Positions 52,519 through 62,500 of a DNA stretch of 64,000 nt are shown in pieces. Source of the stretch: Synechococcus sp. (GTDB taxonomy: Bacteria; Cyanobacteriota; Cyanobacteriia; PCC-6307; Cyanobiaceae). Position 1 is the stretch's first letter. Each line of letters begins with the position of its first letter. The notes under the pieces are model-generated. The model was not told the DNA's origin, did not search any database, and saw only the letters and a program-made list of their open reading frames with translations. The DNA lies in the NCBI GenBank assembly GCA_047285535.1, contig JBJBDC010000001.1, positions 2,961,340-3,025,339 on the forward strand, in the 5' to 3' direction. The translations under genes and the position numbers were made by a program.

Positions 52519-53739
52519 TCATAGGGCTTTGAGCATGCCTTCCCCCAGCAAAGCGCCGATCAAGTAAAGAGAACCTGCGATTACCGGTGGTGGACTCTGG
52601 CTATCTATGTCTTTCATACCCAACTGGTTGAGGACGTCCTCCACGCTGTGAGCGCTTTTTAATTGATTGGACTGCTCAGGGCAGATCGCTTTCAACGCTT
52701 CGGCTGTCCAGCTCAAATGACCAGGCACAGGCACGATCCAGGCCTCATCGCTGGGCTGCAACAGGAGGCGAATCATCTCTGGGGCCTGTTTGTGGGCCTG
52801 AATGCCCAGAATCCAGATCTGCGCTTGATTCGCCCGAGACCAGGTTCGCCTCTCCTGGGCTAACTGCTGAGCAGCGTCAGGATTATGGGCTCCATCTAAA
52901 CGCACCGCTCTGTTGTTCCAGTGCATTGTTTGAAGGCGACCAGGCCAGCTGGCCTGCGCCAGTCCTAGTCGGATGTGCTCCTCATTGATAGGGCTGCCAA
53001 GCTTTCTCATGTGTCGCAGTGCAGCGCAGGCAACGGCTCCGTTCTTCCGTTGCAGATGTCCCGGAAGCCCTAAGTCCCATTCAGCTGTTAATGGTTCAAC
53101 CCACTCCAGTGTTGCTCCCATACTGTGGCTCCTTGCTTCCAGTACGTTTCTCACCGTTTTGGCTTGAGTGGCGCTGATCACGTGGGCGCCGGGGCTGATG
53201 ACGGCTGCTTTTTCACGAGTGATTGCAGCTAATGAGGATCCGAGATGCTCGCAATGATCCATCCCGATGGAGCCCACTGCGATGAGCGGTCGATTGGGAT
53301 GGGCCGTCGTGGCATCTAAACGTCCACCAAGACCTGCTTCAAGGACGAGCCAATCGGGTTCGTTGCCCTCAAAGTGCATGAGGGCGGCGCTGATCAGCTG
53401 TTCGAATGGGGTCAGATTGTGGCGTTGGGTAAGAGGTTGGAGACGTTGCAACAGTTGGCGTAGTTGCGGCAGCGTGATCTGCTGTTGATTCACGCAAATT
53501 CGTTCACACCAACTGATCAGATGGGGGGATGTGGTCAGTCCAGAGCGAAGACCTGCAGCCGTCAGGCCGCTGTGAATCATGCAGGCGATCGAACCCTTGC
53601 CGTTGGTGCCGATCACTTGAACGGCTGGAACTTCAGCACACGGGCAGGCGAGTTCGGTCAGAGCCTTGTGCATGCGCTCAAGGGATAGATCCATCCCCCG
53701 CTGCTCGAAGGGACAAAGCAGGTCAGCGAGCTCATCCAT
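52519..53739 (-). CDS. folC: Folylpolyglutamate/dihydrofolate synthase
   Basis: GTNGKGS, TSPHL, EAGLGGRLDAT, DGAHN, GSLYL. Confidence 0.95.
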   Translation of the reverse strand: MDELADLLCPFEQRGMDLSLERMHKALTELACPCAEVPAVQVIGTNGKGSIACMIHSGLTAAGLRSGLTTSPHLISWCERICVNQQQITLPQLRQLLQRLQPLTQRHNLTPFEQLISAALMHFEGNEPDWLVLEAGLGGRLDATTAHPNRPLIAVGSIGMDHCEHLGSSLAAITREKAAVISPGAHVISATQAKTVRNVLEARSHSMGATLEWVEPLTAEWDLGLPGHLQRKNGAVACAALRHMRKLGSPINEEHIRLGLAQASWPGRLQTMHWNNRAVRLDGAHNPDAAQQLAQERRTWSRANQAQIWILGIQAHKQAPEMIRLLLQPSDEAWIVPVPGHLSWTAEALKAICPEQSNQLKSAHSVEDVLNQLGMKDIDSQSPPPVIAGSLYLIGALLGEGMLKAL

Positions 53740-53759
53740 CTGTTCAGTGTTGGAGCGGG

Positions 53760-55016
53760 TCACACGTTCAGGAGATCCACCAGCGTGCGTTCCAGGCGGG
53801 TGATGAGTTCTGACACCTCTCGTCGATTGATGACCAAAGGCGGAACCATCCGAACCACTTTGGTCCCGGCTGGAACGAGCAACAGTTTTTGAGCCAATGC
53901 TGCTTTCACAACAGCAGCAGCATTGAGATCGCTGTCCGCTCGGATCACCAAACCCTGAAGCAATCCCCAACCTCTGGCTTCATGAAAGTGTTGAGGAAAG
54001 CGTTCGATTAACCGGTTGAGTCCGATCTTTAATTGCTCGCCACGCTCGCAAACGTTGCGTAGCAGATGTCGTCTTTCCAATTCGTGGGCCACGGTGAGTC
54101 CGGCTCGACAGGCGAAAGGGTTGCCTCCGAACGTGCTGGCGTGATCACCCGGGGTGAAGAGGTCGGCTTGCTGTGTTGCGAGCATGGCCCCGATCGCATG
54201 GCCTCCACCCAGCCCTTTGGCCAAGGTGATGACATCAGGTTGAACGTTCAGCTGCTCGTATCCCCAGAGGCGACCGCTGCGGCCCATTCCTATCTGAACT
54301 TCATCGAAGATGAGCAGAATGTTGCGCTCAGTGCAATGGCGGCGAATTGCGCTGAAGACCTCAGGATCGCCTGGGTGGACTCCTCCTTCGCCCTGGAGCG
54401 GCTCGATCAAAACAGCGCAAACCCTGGGTCCATTGGCCTCAATCCGCGTGAGAAGGGTTTCAAAGCTATGGAGGTCGTTGTAGGTGAAGGTCTCAAATCC
54501 TTCGACCATAGGCTCAAAGCCCACGTGATAACGAGGTTGCCCCGTGGCGCTGACTGCCGCCAGCGTGCGCCCATGAAAACTTGCCTCTGCCGTCAAAATG
54601 ACGGGCCGTTCGATTCGCCGTCGTTGATGGCCGTGTTTGCGCGCCAGCTTTATGGCAGCTTCATTGGCTTCTGCACCGGAATTGCAAAAGAAAACACTGT
54701 CTGCACAGCTGTGGTTCACCAGCCAGCTGGCTAGTTCCTCTTGTTCAGGGATTGCATAGAGATTGGAGACATGCTGCAAACGGCTGAGCTGATCGTTCAG
54801 CGCACGTCGCAGCGCGCGATTGCTATGCCCGAGGGTGCACGTGGCAATTCCAGCGACAGCATCGAGATAGCGATGACCCCTGTGGTCTCGCACCCAACAG
54901 CCTCGACCGCTCACCAGGTTTAGTGGGAAACGGTTGTAGGTCCCCATCACAGCACTCGTGGCGGCGGGACTTGAACCTGTAGGCGCGAAGGCGCTTGCTT
55001 TTGAGTCGGGAGTCAT
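53760..55016 (-). CDS. argD: Acetylornithine aminotransferase
   Basis: NSGAEANE, FHGRT, DEVQ, LAKGLGGG, STFGGNP. Confidence 0.93.
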   Translation of the reverse strand: MTPDSKASAFAPTGSSPAATSAVMGTYNRFPLNLVSGRGCWVRDHRGHRYLDAVAGIATCTLGHSNRALRRALNDQLSRLQHVSNLYAIPEQEELASWLVNHSCADSVFFCNSGAEANEAAIKLARKHGHQRRRIERPVILTAEASFHGRTLAAVSATGQPRYHVGFEPMVEGFETFTYNDLHSFETLLTRIEANGPRVCAVLIEPLQGEGGVHPGDPEVFSAIRRHCTERNILLIFDEVQIGMGRSGRLWGYEQLNVQPDVITLAKGLGGGHAIGAMLATQQADLFTPGDHASTFGGNPFACRAGLTVAHELERRHLLRNVCERGEQLKIGLNRLIERFPQHFHEARGWGLLQGLVIRADSDLNAAAVVKAALAQKLLLVPAGTKVVRMVPPLVINRREVSELITRLERTLVDLLNV

Positions 55017-56376
55017 GCTCTCGCCTTGCGTCAGCCCTGCTTGCGATGACTGGCTTTTCACGGATGCGTTTGGAGTCAGAGGAAAGGGCGCCTAACGCGC
55101 CGTCTATTTTTTATTGGTACGCAGACGGTAGGCCTTGGCATCAACGAGCCAAGTCTGTCCATTCTGGCGCACAGAACGGATCCTTTTAAGTTCATGGTTA
55201 AAGGATTGATTACTCCCTTCTGATCGGTTACCTGCAAACTACGCATACCATGTTGAAATTAACTTGGTTAGGCATTCCTTGATTGGTTGGCCTGAGGAGT
55301 TGGTCCTGATCAGACAAAAAAATAGTAGGTACTGTGAAATATCTGCAGTATTGGTTTAATACAACTATCCATATCTTGATCCCAAGATTCTAACTTATTT
55401 CAAGTTTCAAGCTTGTTTTGCTCTGACAGCTCAAAGGCATGCTCTGTTGTGATTGCAACTCAATGCAGCGAATAACCAGGCGCGATGCGATTGAAGGGGA
55501 ACGACCTGAGACGAAAGATCTGTCAGTCACCTCTAGAGGTTTGATAGTCGTGTTGTCACCCTTCTGGGCTCCCTCCTCGAAGCCACCCATCAACCACGAT
55601 TGATCCTGAAACGAGGGGAATCGGGTCAATACGGTGCAAGACCTGCTGTTACCAACTCATTGGGCCCAATAGCCAGCATCGTTGGTAACGGTGTATCCAA
55701 TCAATCGAGCGTCCAAATCGTTCGAGCCATACCTCGTTCAGTTTTGAAGAGGCTTTGGTCTGCCGCTTTTGGATTGGACAGTGGCCTGAGCGACTTGATT
55801 CAGTCGGTTAGGCCTTGACTGATTGTGCAGGTTCGGAGCCTCAGTGCCGTAAGAGATTGAGCTGATTAAAAACCTCAATCCTGAAACTCCGTTCAAGTAC
55901 CGTCATCGACCTCGAGAGGATTTTGCTTCGGCATAAAAGGCCTCATCCACAAGTGACTTTCCGCTATCTGAGGCCATTTTTTCAACCCCTCTTCTGACAA
56001 CCCCTCTAACAAAAAAAGGTACTTCCTGTAACTGCTGCTCGGCTGAAGATGTCCAGTTCATGGCTTGTAGGATTTGATTCAATAAGATGTACTTTTTATT
56101 ACTAGGAATGAAATCAGTCGAAAGGACTAGCTCTCAGAGCTGACTTCGTATATTGAATAAATGAATTGCGCATATCGAACACGCAGATTTTTCTGTGTGC
56201 TTAACGTCTAATTATTGTGCGATGAACGAAGAATGATCGGTTCAACAGCGTACTTACAGTGTGACAATTGGTCCATTGTCCTGGTCTCTGTTCGAAAAGC
56301 GCAACGGCTGTCTTTTCCCCGGTGCGGCTGGTCTTGAAACGTATTTTGTGCATATGCATCTATTTAAATATGAATC

Positions 56377-58692
56377 ATGTCGAGATTAACTTCTCTTTCT
56401 ACGCAATACAGTTTGTATGAATTGTATAAACGAAGTTCACTGTCAAAGGATTATTGGTCGTTTTTGGACGCAAATTATTATAACGGATTTCTAGGTCATA
56501 GCGATTTTAGGCAGTCGTCTTCTGACGATGATGACAAGTTTGATGACGATGACGACAAGTTTGACGACGATGACGATGACGACAAGTTTGACGACGATGA
56601 CGATGATGACAAGTTTGACGACGACGACGATGATGACGATGATGACGGCAAGTTTGATGATGATCTCGAAGTCGAAGCCAATTTCGAATCAGAAATTGGT
56701 ATAAAAACTCAAACTCAAACTCAAACTCAAACTCAAACTCAAACTCAAACTCAAACTCAAACTCAAACTCAAACTCAAACTCAAACTCAAGCTGAAGTCA
56801 ATCCATTCAATTCATTTTCAACGAAAAGTGTTTTATACCCTGAAGAAATAAGGCCAAATGTATATCATATCTATCAAAAAGATATTGACGGTGGCACTCT
56901 GATTATTGATAAGGAGGGGAAATATATTGTTATGGAAGATTTGATCTTTAACCCCAATCCTGTTGGCACTGTTATTGATAATGAGTTTGATGCAAGGGCC
57001 CTGGGTTTAGAGATGGGTGATGCGTTAGATGCCTTTACTGCGGGTAGACCTTTACCTAGTCAGTTGATGGGTCAATATGATCCGAAAGCCTTTGGGGTTG
57101 GCTTCTTTTCCGCGATTGCAATAACAAGCGATAATGTGATTTTAAATCTAAATAATCACACACTTCGACAAAGTGAAGAGCATGCACTGTTACAACGCTT
57201 CTATTCAAATATTGAAACTGCAGGAGCTCCCTTTGTAACTGGTCAAGGTCCTCACGATTTTGGGGAAGATGGCTTGAAATCAGCTGATCATCTCACCATT
57301 AAAAATGGTACGATCGGCTTATCGTCTCATCATGGAATTCATGGCAATGGCAATGTAGATGTCAAGATCAAAAATGTTCACTTTCGGGATCATGAGGTTG
57401 CTGCAGTCGCATTGAATGGTGTTGATAAATTAAAAATAAAAAACTCGACATCATCAAATCGCACTGATGTTCCTGTTGTTGGAGCATTTAGTAATTCTCG
57501 ATTTATTTCTCGGTACGTGAGTTATCTCGCCCGTTTTGATGAAATGAATGGATCAGATGTTAATCTAAGCTTAGAAATCCGAGGTGAAGAATTAACAATA
57601 GGCGAAATTGAAGCTAACCTCCAGCGTGCGATTAATTCCACCTATAAGGATATAATTATTGAAGGTGATAATGAAATGGATCCAAGTAATCCATATTATG
57701 ATTTGTTTGCTAACCCTACTGGCTTGGTGGAGGGTAATTCTTATGGATATTTAGTAGGAGCAGTTGGGGTTCAGGTCAATGGTTTCCCTGTTCGCCCAGA
57801 TGGGGGCTTTCAAACACCATCGAAAAATGTAACTATTAAAAACACTCATGTCTTAAGCCAAAAATCACAAATTATAGAAGTTCCTATTCTCTCGAATGCA
57901 GAAGATGGCGGAGATGCTCCAGTCGTTGATCCTATTGGTCAATCCTTTCAATTGAGAAATAAAGACAATAATGTCTATAGTACCTTGATTAATGCAGATG
58001 GCAGCACTTTGCACGCTGATGCTAGTTCAAGCGAGATTTTAGCTTCTATTTATGGAGGTAATCCTCTGGCTGATTCTCAATTAATTGTTGCTAAAGCAAT
58101 TTCGCAGCATATTGATGGGGAGATCCTTTGGTTTGAAGGATCAAATCTTGATGTTTCCCGTAATACTATTGGTAAGGATATTATCGATTGGGCTGAAAGT
58201 GCCACTCCACTCTCCAATTTGAGAGAGTCTCTAGATATAACGGGAGGAGATACGAATGGATGGATCTACAACGTAGATAATATGGTTCATGTTAATAAAG
58301 GTACGATAGGATTCAAAATGGATACCGTCACTGGAGGTGTCTTTCACGATATTTCAGTGCGGGATATAAGCGCTATGGGTTCGCCAGGATTTGATGGAGG
58401 CTATTCTGTCGATGAAAAAGGATATGTCAAGCAAGAACTTACAGGATACAACGGAGCCGCTGTACGTGGCATAACGTTGGCTGGAGCCTCTAATGTTTCT
58501 ATGAAAGAGGTTTATATTGACAATCTTTCTTCTGAATATGGTGAAGTCTATGGTATTCAGGCCCCAACCCCTGCATCAGAGATAAGTATTCATGATCTTA
58601 CTTTTGGCCCGAATGGCTTAATAGCATCCGGAGATAGTTCGTTCGGCCCAAATCATAGTGCAATTACTTACGATGTATCTGGACTTGCATAA
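56377..58692 (+). CDS. 771-aa hypothetical protein: acidic and TQ repeats plus a putative right-handed beta-helix domain
   Basis: Long ORF; beta-helix-like segments VILNLNNHTL, LTIKNGTI, VKIKNVHF, LKIKNST; SSHHGIHG motif. Confidence 0.85.
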   Translation: MSRLTSLSTQYSLYELYKRSSLSKDYWSFLDANYYNGFLGHSDFRQSSSDDDDKFDDDDDKFDDDDDDDKFDDDDDDDKFDDDDDDDDDDGKFDDDLEVEANFESEIGIKTQTQTQTQTQTQTQTQTQTQTQTQTQTQAEVNPFNSFSTKSVLYPEEIRPNVYHIYQKDIDGGTLIIDKEGKYIVMEDLIFNPNPVGTVIDNEFDARALGLEMGDALDAFTAGRPLPSQLMGQYDPKAFGVGFFSAIAITSDNVILNLNNHTLRQSEEHALLQRFYSNIETAGAPFVTGQGPHDFGEDGLKSADHLTIKNGTIGLSSHHGIHGNGNVDVKIKNVHFRDHEVAAVALNGVDKLKIKNSTSSNRTDVPVVGAFSNSRFISRYVSYLARFDEMNGSDVNLSLEIRGEELTIGEIEANLQRAINSTYKDIIIEGDNEMDPSNPYYDLFANPTGLVEGNSYGYLVGAVGVQVNGFPVRPDGGFQTPSKNVTIKNTHVLSQKSQIIEVPILSNAEDGGDAPVVDPIGQSFQLRNKDNNVYSTLINADGSTLHADASSSEILASIYGGNPLADSQLIVAKAISQHIDGEILWFEGSNLDVSRNTIGKDIIDWAESATPLSNLRESLDITGGDTNGWIYNVDNMVHVNKGTIGFKMDTVTGGVFHDISVRDISAMGSPGFDGGYSVDEKGYVKQELTGYNGAAVRGITLAGASNVSMKEVYIDNLSSEYGEVYGIQAPTPASEISIHDLTFGPNGLIASGDSSFGPNHSAITYDVSGLA
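56524..56664 (+). repeat. Coding (Asp)n-Lys-Phe tandem repeat
   Basis: GAY runs separated by AAGTTT, encoding D4KF D5KF D7KF D7KF D10GKF D3. Confidence 0.95.
56707..56790 (+). repeat. Perfect (ACTCAA)14 microsatellite encoding (TQ)14
   Basis: 14 identical hexamers, in frame. Confidence 0.97.
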
Positions 58693-58775
58693 AGTTGTAA
58701 ATTATAAGGAGGAGTATTGACCTTAGAATGGAATTACAACTGATTGTTTGCATCTAGTTGTTGGCTTGTCAATTC

Positions 58776-58805
58776 CTTGCCTTCATTTTGAAGGCAAGAT
58801 TTTTT
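58776..58805 (+). terminator. Rho-independent terminator
   Basis: CTTGCCTTCA / TGAAGGCAAG stem followed by a T run. Confidence 0.7.
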
Positions 58806-59388
58806 GTCTTGAATGTATTGATCTGTTTTGATGTGATGCAAGCGTTCTTGGTATTTCAGCAGCTGTGTGTGATTTGATGGTTCTGCTTTGTATGGGCTGA
58901 TCTGATGAGGCTCGTCATCTGCTCAGGTTCATACAGATAAATGTCTTGAGTTAGCGAGGTATGAATTTGATGAGCAAATAGTTTGATGGTCTTGGCTGCG
59001 ATCCGACGACGTTGAAACTATGGCTTAGGATAGGAATTGTCTTATTTATTCAGTAGTTCTATTGTCTGTTTAATGAGATTTGAAATTCAATTGATGCTTA
59101 GCGCTGATGCAAATGCACTCATGTAACTGAAATAAATAGAAAATTCCATAATTCTAGTTGCGCGTTGCCTCCTTGTTTGCTCTGTGTTCTGTTGTATGGG
59201 ATGAGTTCGCGAATCAAGCAGTGTAAAGAGGCGTACTAGGAGGTCAGGCTATGATTTGAAGCAGATTTTTAGCTAGTCATTCTTGGTGCTTTCAATAAGC
59301 GCTTGTTTTTTTTAATAATTTTCGACATCTTATGTCTTTTGTGCTCGACATTGCTGTCTTTTCAATGTAACTCAGTCGATTTCGTTGC

Positions 59389-59423
59389 GTAAACGTATTT
59401 ACCTGGTTTCTAAATACGTTTAC
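59389..59423. promoter_or_regulatory. 13-bp inverted repeat containing NtcA-like boxes
   Basis: GTAAACGTATTTA-N9-TAAATACGTTTAC; GTA-N8-TAC at 59389-59402 and CTA-N8-TAC at 59410-59423. Confidence 0.45.
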
Positions 59424-59578
59424 TCGTTTTGTGTGTTTGGCGTTTGAAATTGGTTGATTGAAGCGATGTCCTGTTGGCTTGCCTGTTAAGCCTCTCTGGA
59501 TTCATATCTTTTGAAGGTAGGAACCCGATCTTTTAGGTCGCTCATCCACACATTTTCTTTTACTGAGGCACTTACGAC

Positions 59579-62500
59579 ATGGACGACATGGACATGATGA
59601 ATCCCGGAATGGAAGCTCCAGAAGCTGAAGCTCCAGAAATGGAAGCTCACGAAGCCGAAGCCGCAGAAGCTCCTGAAGCCGAAGAAGCTCCAGATTTTGA
59701 AAATAATTCTGATCGTTTTGATGAGGATGCTTTCAATGACCCTGCGCGGCTCAATTTTGGGACCGATCTTAGTGGTCTTTCTATTGACGCAACAACTATT
59801 CTCCAGCAGAAGTTCCCCTTTGACAGGGCAGACCTGTCAATGCTGTTAGACAAGGCTGTGAATGGAGATGTCAGGCAGATTGCTGCAGATCCCAGAACTC
59901 CTTTCCACCGGAACATTCCAGTCAATAACTATCCAGGACCCGGTGATCAAACTCAAGGAACAATTGAGAATGCTGTCGCCCAGTCCAATGATAATAATAT
60001 TCCGACTCCTGTAGACGGATATATTCAAGTTCTGGCTCCAGATGGCACAGCTTTTCCTAATTCCCGTCAGTTAAGTAATACTCTTGGTGATCAGGGAGAT
60101 TCTTTCACTCCTGAGGAATCTGGCTATAACAACTTGTTTATGGGTACTGGTCAATACATTGACCATGGCCTTGATCTGATTCCTAAGACGCCGGATCCTG
60201 AACAAGGGGGTGGGAAGATGGAAATCTTCTTGCCCGATAATGATATTCTCAATGGTAGGGGTTTTGACTTTAGTGGTAATCCTGTAAGCAAGCTCTCACT
60301 TCTCCCTCGTGCCAAACCCGATGCAGGTACGGATCAGCCTGGTCAGGCTGAATATACAAATAGTAAGACTCCGTTTGCTGACCAAGATCAGACCTACGGA
60401 GCGTCAGCCATGATTCATGATCTCATTCGTGAGAAAGATGAACTTGGCAACTACACTATTAATTTGCTTGATAATAAGAAATCAAATGAAAGTGCTCTAG
60501 ATGTTTTTAATCAATATGGTGCGCAACAGGTAGATGCTCTTGCGAGCATCTATGACGTAGTTGTTAACTCAGCGCTTGCTTTTGGTCACGAAAACCAACA
60601 AGCACTCCAAGAAACAATTGAGACTGTTCTTGCGAATGAGGAATGGCAACAAGCTGATCAGGTTTTGCGTATATGGGACGAGAAAGTCCGTGCTCAGGAT
60701 TTCAGTAGAAATATTACTGGAAACCCAGGGATGGATTCAGTTGAATTAGAGGGTGAAAGCTTTAGCGTAATGGGTGCCATTGCAACCCTCGGAGAGGCTC
60801 AGCAAGCACTTAGGGATGCGATTGATACTGAACATTTTAAACTTGATTTCATCTTCAATACATTAGTTGGTGATGCGAGTCCTTTAGCTCGCTATAGCCC
60901 TTACTCAGTTTTGGCCCATCAGGTATCTGGTGATCCCCGTACTAACGAGAACGTTCAGCTATCTGCCATTAGTAATGTTTTTGCTGCGAACCATAACGAT
61001 CTAGCTGGTCAGATTACGGACTCCCTGGCCAGGATTCGTGAGGCATACTCGGATGAAGGCGCAGAAATTCCTGTTGGTTTAGAAAATGTTGTCGCTCTAG
61101 CGAGGGGGGCTTCATTTGAACTTTCGTCTGGAGAAATTATTAGCAACGAGCAAGCCATTTTCGATATGGCTCGGACTGTTAATAATGCTGCTTATCAGCG
61201 CATGATTTACGACCAGTATGTCGTTCATCTCGCTGGTGGTATTCATTTTGGAATTACATCATCTCAGGATAAAGAGTTGATGCCAAATAGGGATCAAATA
61301 TTGCCCCAGGATATTAATGTCAATGAGCATGGCTTTAACGGTGTTAATCCTGAAGTAAATCCTCAAGTCAGTCTTGGATTTGCCGGATCTGCATTCCGTA
61401 TGGGGCACTCGCAAATTTATCCTGACTTGAATGGCATCAAGGCCGAAATGTCAGAGGAGCTCCTTGAGTTTGGCGAGACTATTGAGCGTTCTCTAATTGA
61501 GGCATTTGTTCAGCCAACCGCTATTCGTAAAATGGGCGGTTCTGCAGGTGTTCTTGCGCAGAATGCTTCCGATCGTGCAATGGCTATCGACACCTATGTT
61601 GTCGATGAAGTTCGCAATATGCTGATTGGTCAGCCTAATGATCTGTTGGCCTTTAATTCTGAACGCCAGTACGATTTGGGTCTGGCTACCTTGCAGGAAA
61701 CTCGGCAAGTCCTTTCCGATCTCTTCAGAGATACTGGTGTTGCAAATGCAAAGGGTGCTGGTGCTTCTGACGCCTCTGCAGGTGTATTTGAAAATGGAAC
61801 TGAGCATAATGAGCTTGCTGAGCGATTAAAGCCTTATGCAACTTGGGCTGATTTCAAAGCGAATCTTCGTGATGAATCACAGGCTCAACTTTTTATGGAT
61901 CAATTTGGTGGTCCAGAGGCTGCGCTTGATAATGATTACGGTCTGGTCAATATTCCTCTTTATATAGGTGGCTTAGCTGAGAAGCAAACCGACACTCCCA
62001 ATGGTGAAGGCCGTGAAAACAGTCTGATGGGTGAAGTTTTCACCTTCTTAATCACGACTGCGTTTGACGAGTTCCAGGACCCTGATGAAGAGTATTACAA
62101 GATCAGTATCCCTGGTTCCGATATCCTTAAGCAGCTGGGGCATCAAACATGGACCCCGATGATTCATACGTCTCTTGGCCTTGAAGGTCAAGTGATTCAC
62201 CAAGATACCTTTAGAGTCGCACGCACTGACGTTTTAGAAGAAGGTGAAACGGAATTAATTGCACCGGAAGAGCATGATTTTGATGGTCGTGCATTCAACC
62301 GCATTATGTATGGTAATGCGGAGGATAATTCAATCATTGGTTCTGATGGAACTTCTTCCGAGATTGCTAGCTCCGAAAGCTATGCATCAGATGATATCCG
62401 GGCTGGTGCTGGTGATGACTATGTTGACGCTTATAAAGGCGAAGACTGGGTTTATGGCCAAGACGGCAACGATACACTGAAGGGTGGTGATGATCACAAT

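Noticed and set aside
53740..53970. N-terminal extension of folC in the ORF track
   Set aside because: Overlaps the argD 3' end; ATG at 53739 fits the FolC domain start
56524..56664. DDDDK resembles an enterokinase/FLAG tag, suggesting synthetic sequence
   Set aside because: No DYK motif or vector context; variable Asp run lengths fit natural slippage
59647..62480. Short ORFs listed across 59.6-62.5 kb
   Set aside because: Alternative-frame fragments within the single long peroxidase frame
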